A DNA stretch of 54,999 nucleotides, the filler included, from Basidioascus undulatus (Eukaryota): NCBI GenBank assembly GCA_000826855.1. It is 5 parts of 5 records of this genome, joined end to end, with 100 filler letters (N's around TTAATTAATTAA, not from the genome) between each part and the next. Parts side by side here need not be neighbours in the genome. Positions count along the whole stretch, not along the records: positions 44,095 to 54,999 come from JTLS01001068.1; 4 more parts are not named here. One strand, given 5' to 3'. Positions 47,201 to 54,999 of the stretch are shown here, in pieces; position 1 is the stretch's first letter, and each line of letters begins with the position of its first letter. The position numbers were made by a program, and so were the translations under genes. The notes under the pieces are model-generated. The model did not search any database. It was not told the DNA's origin and was given only the letters and a program-made list of their open reading frames with translations.

Positions 47201-50200
47201 CCGCCAAACGTACTACGGCATCAAGGTCAACCTCTGGGGCTTCAAGACGCGCAAGGGCTACTTCCCGATCGTCGACTCGTTTCGGAAGAAGAACAAGGAC
47301 GACGAGAAGCGCATGAGCCTCGGCGCTGGACTCGTCGCCGCCGGCGCGATGGCGACGCTGACGGACACGGCGAAACCCGTTCAGCCGACCAAGGCCGGCG
47401 AGGACCTCGTCGGCTGGCCCGAGAACATCTTCAAGCGCCGCAGGGTCCTCATCGCAACGCTCGAGTACGAGATCATCGATTGGAAGCTCAAGGTCAAGTG
47501 CGTCGGTGCTTTCGCTCTTTTCAACGCCCGAAGGAATACGTGCTGACACCTTCTTCCCCTTTCTTCCAGGATCGGCGGTCTCGGCGTCATGGCCTCCCTC
47601 ATGGGCAAGGCGATGCACGACTGCGACCTCATCTGGGTCGTTCCCAAGGTCAAGGACCTCGAGTACCCGCCGGGCGAGCCGCGCGAGCAGATCGAGGTCA
47701 CTATCTTCGACAAGCCGTACCTCGTCGAGGTCGAGGAGCACCAGCTCGGCAACATCACCTATGTCATCCTCGACAGCCCCGTCTTCCGCGCCCAGACCAA
47801 GACCGACCCGTACCCCGAGCGCATGGACGACCTCGAGTCCGCGATCTTCTACTCGACGTGGAACCAGGCCATCGCCGAGACGTACAAGCGGTACCCCATC
47901 ATCGACATCTATCACATCAACGGTGCATTGATCCACATTTACGCTTTGCATGGCATGCTGCTTATTCTACTCTCCGCAGACTACCACGGAGCGCTCGCCC
48001 CGCTCTACCTCCTCCCCAAGGTCGTGCCGGTCTGTCTCTCGCTCCACAACGCCGAGTTTCAGGTGCGTGCTGCGCTCTCTTGCAGTCCCCTCGACATTCA
48101 GCTGACGTGCTCTATGACTTTCTGCAGGGTCTCTGGCCGCTGCGCACAAAGGACGAGATGAAGGAAACCTGCGGGGTTTTCAACATCAGCGAGGAGGTCT
48201 GCTCGAAAGTGCGCTTTCTTTCACTGTGCGCATAGTCTCGGGCCTGCTGCTGACGTTCATTCTCCCCGCCTGCCCGCAGTACGTCCAATTCGGCAACACG
48301 TTCAACCTGCTCCACGCAGCCGCCAGCTTCATCAGCGTCCATCAGAAGTCCGTCGGCGTGGCAGGCGTGTCTGACAAGTACGGTAAGCGCTCGTGGGCGC
48401 GCTACCCGGCGCTCTGGACCCTGCGAACGATTGACTCGCTGCCCAACCCTGGTAGGCGCTGTTCTTACTCACTTCCACAATCACATTCCGCTCAACGCCA
48501 CTTTGCTCTACAGATCCGGCGGACGTCGAAGCGCTCGATCAAGAGCCCATCGCGCTCAAGGAGATTGGCATCGACCGTGAAGCCGAAGCAAAGCGTCCCG
48601 CGGATAAGCGACAAGCGCAGGAATGGGCGGGGCTCAAGCAAGTGCGTTCAAGAGAACTTCTTGTTTGGCATGGGCGTTCCGAGCTTACAGGCGCTGCAGG
48701 ATCCGAAAGCGAACCTCTTCGTTTTTGTCGGCCGCTGGTCGAAGCAGAAGGGCGTCGACCTCATTGCGGATGTCATGCCGGCAGTGTATGTCCAGTCTTT
48801 TAGGGTCATCCGCGCAGCTTAGCTGACGCTCGCAAACCTGCAGCCTCGAGAAGAACCCCAGCATCCAGCTCATCTGCGTCGGCCCCGTGATTGACCTATA
48901 CGGACGCTTCGCTGCCGAGAAGCTCGCACGCCTGATGGAGATGCACCCCGACCGCGTGTTCTCCAAGCCCGAGTTCACCGCGCTCCCGCCGTTCCTGTTC
49001 AGCGGTGCCGACTTCGCGCTCATCCCCTCTCGCGACGAGCCTTTCGGTCTCGTCGCCGTCGAGTTCGGCCGTAAGGGCGCGCTCGGTGTCGGTTCGCGTC
49101 TCGGTGGTCTTGGTCTCATGCCGGGCTGGGTGAGTGTTCATCTCATCCCTTTGTCACCGCGGTGGGCGCCGAACGACTAACGAGTCTGGTCGTAACAGTG
49201 GTTCCCTGTCGAGTCAGACTCGACGCAGCACATGCTCAGCCAGCTCACGAAGACGATCAAGCTCGCCCTGAAGTCGTCCGAGAAGGAGCGTGCCATCCTC
49301 CGCGCTCGCTCTGCTGTGCAGCGGTTCCCTGTTATGGAGGTCCGTGCATTTGGGACTGGAGCCTCTTGACGCTCGGTGCTGAATCGTTTCCTCTGCGATT
49401 TTCCTGATCTTTCGCGTACAGTGGCGCCAGAGACTCGAGGACTTCCACCGCCGCTCGATCACGACGAGCCGGGTCATCGCAGGCTCAGACACGTTCAAGG
49501 GCGGCGACTACAGCTCGGCCAGCGCACTGCCTCAAGCTGCACGCAACCGGACGAGCTCCCTCATCGGCGCATCTCCGCCTGTGCTCGGCAGCACTCCTCC
49601 GGCACAGTACGACCCTCCCTTCGCCGCGGCGACGCCCCCGCGTTCGTCGCCGCTCGCCCATGCTGCGGAGGAGCAGCCGCTGTTCAGCGCATACGACGAG
49701 ACGGACTTCGCGCCAGCTGGTCACACCCCTCCCTCTGCGGCGCAACCGCCGGAGAACGAGTTCAGCAACTTCCACGCACGCGCGAACCGCCATCTAGCAG
49801 GCAGTGCGAGCACTGCCCGCGATCCGTTCATGAGCCGCGAAGGTTTGTTGAGTGACTTCGCGCCTCCGCAAAGGCCGTACTCTCACTACTCCTTCGCGTC
49901 GTCGGTCGAGTAAGCTTTCATGATTCTTTGCGGCTGGGAAGCATCTGACATCCCTCCGCGTCAGGTCGATCGCGACGATCATGGAGGAGAAGGCGGATAC
50001 TTCGCCGTTGAACAAAGCGATAGAAAGTGTAAGAGTTCTTGATGCAGTTGCGCTTCTACGCTGCGACTGACCGTACAGTATTGCTGCAGTTCACGGACGC
50101 CGACGGCGAGGTCAGCCGGTCGTTCGTGGAGCAACTTCAGAAGCTCACGCCTTTTAACTCCGAGCACGAGCTTTGCATCGAGAAATACCTCGTTAAGAGC

Positions 50201-52711
50201 GAGAAGGCCTTCTTCGCCAAGATGAGGAAGGAGAAGGCGTCGGGCGCTCGGCCTTCGCCGCGATCGTCCATCGACGCCTCCCGGCAGTCGGGGTACAGCA
50301 GCTGGAGCGTCGGCCAGGATTCCAACCCTTCGTCTCGGCGCGGCTCGCAGATCTACCTCGATCCGTTCTCCAATCCGCCGGCGATGAGCTCCCGCGCAAG
50401 CTTCGAGCACTCACGGCGCGACTCGTCCGTCAGCCTCAACGCACCCTATCCTCCTGGCTCGGCGTTCGCTGCGAGTGCGGCGTTCTCGCATCCTGGCAGT
50501 AAGGCGATACCCTTTTTCTCTATTGCGACAAACTGCTGACGTCCATCGGCTGTGTCCCCCAGCGCCAAAGAACGAAGACGCTCGACGCTTCCTCCCGCGC
50601 GAGTACGACGATGACCTCGAGTACCACAGTCGCTCGGACGCTGTGCGGCCATCATCGCTCCAGCGCTTCATGGGTCGTCAGATTGTGGGCTGGCCGCTGT
50701 ACTGCATCGTCATGTCCTTGGGACAGGTGAGCGTTTCCGTGTGAGCTCGAGACAGCCGTAGCTCATCTTCCGTAATAACAGATGCTCGGCGCCACCAGCT
50801 TTCAGCTCACTCTCCTGTCCGGCACGAACACACCCAGCAATCGCGACCTCTATATCGTCGGCGCGATTTTCTTCGTCGCCTCGCTTGGCTGGTATGCCGT
50901 CTTCCGGTACCGCCCGTCGGTGTGGGCGCTCTCCACCCCGTGGCTCTTCTACGCTATCGCTTTCTTCCTCATCGGCTTCCCGTCCTTTGGCTCTGTCTTT
51001 CTCGGCGTACGCCAATGGCTCGGCAGTGCGGGGACTTGGGCGTACGCGATCGCGTCGGCGGCCGGCTTCCTCTTCTTCGGCCTCAACTTCGGAGAAGAGG
51101 CGGGAGCTGAGGCAAAAGTCTGGATCATCCGGGCGTGTATCGTGCAGGTGCATCCCGCGCTTGCTTGTCTGCAGCTCGACACGTAGCTGACTTTGCGGAC
51201 GCGCAGGGTTCTCAACAAGTTTGGGTGGCGGCGCTCTGGTACTGTGAGTATTGTGGAATCCTGTCTCTTCTTTGTATGGCTCGTTGAGCAGCGTCCTTTT
51301 TACCAGGGGGGTACTCGCTCAACGGCGCCGACCCCGAACGTGACACCCCGCCGGTGTGGGTGCTCTGCGTCGTGTGGCCGCTCGCTGCTCTTTCGCTCGC
51401 GTGCGGCTTCTTGACGTTTAAAGGTCTTCCCAACTATTGTAAATTTATTCTTTTGGGTAGTTGCAAGCAACTGCTGAACATTTTTCGTCTTAAAACAGAC
51501 CGTCAGCTGCCGCCGTACGTGCCCAACTTCTGGCCGACACTGTTCCGTCGCAAGCTCGTCATTTGGTAAGTATTTCCCGCTACCGACGTCCCTTGATGCC
51601 GTCTTAATTGTGCCCTCCAGGTTCCTCGTGTCGGAGGTGCTCCGTAACTACTGGCTCTCTGCCCAATACGGTCGGAGCTGGTGAGAAAGCTTCTCTTTCC
51701 TGATTAGCCGCGAGGACTGACCATCCGTCGGCAGGGGATTCCTCTGGAACCACACGGCGATCCCCAAGTGGGCAACGGTCATCCTCATCGCCTTCTTCTT
51801 CATTGGAGTTTGGGCTCTCCTCCTCGGCGTGATCACGTACTACAGCAAAGTGCACTCTTGGCTGCTGCCGATCTTCGCTATCGGCCTTGTCGCACCGAGG
51901 TGGTGCCAAGTAAGCTTGAAAGATTCTCGTTCTGCGCTATGTATGGCTGAGGATCGACTCGTTCGGTGCTTGTAGGAGCTTTGGGGCGCCAGCGGCATTG
52001 GCTTGTACTCGCCGTGGGGCGGTGCCGCGGGGCCTTACTTGTCTATCTCCCTTTGGCTTTGGTCCGTCTCCTTGACTCGCCGCCGCCCTGATCGATGTGG
52101 CTGACAGTGTTCCGCATTAGGCTCGGCGTGCTCGACGCGATTCAGGGTGTCGGACTCGGCATGATGCTGCTGCAGGTTCGTCTTCTCGGTTCCACGAGGC
52201 GTGAACCGGGCGCGCGCTGATACACTCTTCTCTGCCAGACTCTTTCTCGCCTGCATGTTTGTGTGACGCTCCTGCTCGCCCAGCTCATCGGGTCGGCGAC
52301 AGTCATGATCGCCCGCGCCTCGTCGCCGAATCGTAAGTCCGCCTCTCGTCCCCACCTTTCGTGCCTGAGACCAACTGACAGGCTATGGGACTTCTTTTCA
52401 GGTGTCAGTCCGAGCAGCACCTTCCCAAACTTCGGCCTGTGGGAACCCGGCGACCGCCTGACCGCGTCGCCGCTCGCACATCCCGCATTTTGGATCTGTC
52501 TTGCGTGCCAGATTGCGATCGTGGTTGGTGAGTGATCGCATCCTTTCCAGCCTTGTCTCCAGGTCGGTAAGCTGAACTTTGACAATTTGATCTCGGAAAC
52601 TGTAGGGTATGCGGCGTTCTTCAGGATGGAGCAAGTGCGCACTCGTTCCCCCCCCCTTCCCATTACATACCCGTTTTGACCGGCCGTGTCCTGCAGCTTT
52701 CCAAGCCGTGA
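44202..52711 (+). CDS. AGS1: Cell-wall alpha-1,3-glucan synthase (GH13 + GT5 + multi-pass membrane domain), 5'-partial, many introns
   Basis: GH13 part: [50 protein letters not shown] part: [63 protein letters not shown] part: [23 protein letters not shown]; ends FFRMEQ|LSKP-TGA 52711. Confidence 0.96.
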
Positions 52712-52915
52712 CCGCGTTCGGCCAATGCTTTGCGAACTCTTCCCTTTCTACGCCCTCATTTTCGAATCATTCTTGTAGAAGTTTACCAATTTCCGCTGCA
52801 TTCTCCCTTCTCTCGCGCACAAGCCCAAGAGCGAGAACAAGCACTATGTGGGGGTAATGCCATCGTGAACTGGCACGATGAACTCGCTCGGGATGTGGGG
52901 ACAGACTGGGTAACT

Positions 52916-53647
52916 TTAAAGTGCCGTAGCTGTGAGGGTTGCGGTTTCCTCCGTAAAAAGGCTAGCGCCGCGAGGCTGCCACGTACGTGCACCTGCAGGT
53001 TGTTCCGTGGGTATGCCGTTGCGACTGCATGCTGTCAAAGTGACCAGTTTGGCTCTAGATTGAGGCACAGATTCCGCCGCGCTCGGACTGGGGGCATCCG
53101 GCGCTGCCGACGATGCGGCGGTCGAAGAGGAAAATGGTGGGGTGAGGCTGGCGGCCGGGGTGGGTGTTGGGGATGTGGACTCCGAGGATCGCTCGGTGGT
53201 CAAAGTAAACAAAGACTTTGCCAGGCACCCTGTGTTTGGAGAGTTCAGAAACAGAGAATATGAGGAGTTGTAGGGAGGGCAGGTAACAATCCCGGCAGCG
53301 TTTAAGACGAGTGCACTCACTTTGGTCAATCTTTTCGAGCCGGGCTTTTCGACGTTGGATCCAAGCCAGTGGGGTTTACCATCAGCTTTGACGCGCTCTT
53401 CAAGAAGAAGGATTCCTCAGATATGACCGATAGACGGTCGACACGGTCCGCGAAGGACATGAGGAGTGGCCGCGCCGACGAGAGCGAGACGTGGTCTACT
53501 TGTTGAAGTTGAGCTCGCGCAGACTCGGGAGAAGGATGGGGTCCTTAAAGACATGAGATCGTCGCCATCGGGAGTGGCTGACGCGCAGGCCGCTCCGTAG
53601 CAGAAACGGACGTCAGCGGCCTGGGGCAGGCTGCCGTGCCCGTTCAT
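52916..53647 (-). other. Possible 3' exons of a hypothetical Ser/Thr/Pro-rich protein
   Basis: ORFs 53417-53647 and 52916-53329 with a GTGAGT donor near 53320; no recognisable domain. Confidence 0.2.
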
Positions 53648-54999
53648 GATGAAGTCTGCCGCACGTGAATGGGTCTACATATAATTCGGACACATCAAAG
53701 TCGTTCCGAGGGGCTTGCAACTGGGACTGCCTCGAGCACAGCCGCCGCTTGGTCCGCCTCGTTCGGGGAGGGAGCGGGACGCGCCTCCAACCTTCGGCTG
53801 TCGGCGGCAGTTGTTGAGATACCTCCGTGTTGGGATCGCCAGCACCCCGGAGAGGCTCTGACGCGATAATCTCAGCCCGGGAGAAAGCTCTAAGGATACA
53901 GGGTTAATATCTGGTAAAGGATAGCATAACCACTTGCCCGGGCAGTGTGTGCCAGAGCGGCTATTGGGAAAGGGTTGTCGGAGTAAGCACACTGCACGAC
54001 CTGCATGATTGCACACGCGGCCTGCAGGACCTACTAACCTGACTGCCGAGGCAGTTCACAAAAGAATTTGTTCAGTTGTTCGTGTTACTCGTCAGGGCTC
54101 TTCACATCATTGACAAACGCGGCGCCGTGAGTTGTTTCAACTGAACAGCTGCAGGGAGGTGCGAGTCCCGCATGGCGACAAAGCATTTGGCAGCCTTACA
54201 TAGCTGTACTGCGACTAGGAGAAATTTGACCACAGAACTCTCAGTGTCTTTGAAATTCTACTGTGCTGTTAATGGATCGCAGAGGGAATCGTCTGTGTAA
54301 GAGGGGTCCGGCTGGCTGCCGTCTTCCGCTGCTTCCCATCATAGCGTTTCACCGTGTGGACCGCCCTAGCTCCGGGGTTCCCACGACGTGAACCAGCCCC
54401 ATTCCGGAGGTATCTTTTGAACATCCCCAAGTCCCAACTTTTCAACTGTGCAGTGTGCTGGAAAAGACAACGCTGCAGCACAGCACAACGCCGCAAAGTA
54501 ACATGTGCCTTTTCACCACGTGCGCGAAGCCGACAACCCGGCGGCTTGGCTGACCGCGTGGCGAGTTTGCGTCCGTTTTTGGGAACGGTCGAACATCGTC
54601 GCTCGCCTCTTCAGTTTCTTCACAGCTCGCCTCTTCAGTTGCAGTTTTTGCTCGGGGTATACGATGAGCGAGAGATTGAATGTCGAGAGATGGAGATGAG
54701 CGGAGATGATGGAATCACAGGCACCGAGACGGGGACGGAACGGTGCCGAGCGATCGGGCTTCTCAATCTCTGATTTTTAGTTATTGTTCGTGCTCTGCGG
54801 AGGGTGAGGATGGGCTGGAAGAGGCAAAGAATGTGCAGCGGAATATGCGGGTGCATGGTGAGGTCGTCTCGGGCTGGTGCTGGTGGCGCAGTCAATGGCG
54901 AGCGAAAATGCCAGCGAGGAGACAGACAGCGGCTTTCACGCGCTCTCGAGGTTGAACGAACGGCGATCCGTCATCGATCCAGCGGCGGCGGCGGACGTC

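Noticed and set aside
5536..52711. Cell-wall glucan gene cluster (GH16 plus AGS1) or proteasome cluster (PRE10, STS1, GRR1)
   Set aside because: Most of these genes are on different contigs joined artificially; PRE10 and GRR1 share a contig but are ~9 kb apart with unrelated genes between.
1..54999. CRISPR arrays, operons, prophage, tRNA/rRNA genes or intact transposases/reverse transcriptases
   Set aside because: None recognised; the DNA is spliced eukaryotic sequence and I saw no repeat-spacer array, DDE or RT motif.

Overview
Eukaryotic (basidiomycete fungal, yeast-like, GC-rich, intron-dense) genomic DNA, not prokaryotic. The window is five unrelated ~10.9-kb contigs joined by artificial 100-nt spacers (44 N + TTAATTAATTAA + 44 N), so gene order across spacers is meaningless. 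Genes recognised from spliced translations: a GH16 laminarinase-type glucanase, a 25-aa ribosomal protein eL41 gene split over three exons (missed by the ORF track), the 3' end of proteasome alpha7 (PRE10), a U6 snRNA gene, the nucleolar GTPase NUG1/GNL3, F-box/LRR GRR1 (partial), the bridge-like lipid transfer protein FMP27/BLTP2 (partial), a PX-domain Ypr097w/Lec1-like gene (partial), Cut8/STS1 (partial), an alpha/beta hydrolase, malic enzyme and alpha-1,3-glucan synthase (partial). Lower-GC stretches between these genes hold several frameshifted gene relics (secreted hydrolase, two F-box-like, one RBR-like). I found no convincing new multi-gene system. The best leads are a U6 gene with an extra G(CUUG)C hairpin before its U-tail, intron-split start codons (eL41, STS1), a small secreted Lys/Glu/His-rich protein and the pattern of gene decay. 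All family calls come from motif recognition without database searches; exon boundaries were read by eye.
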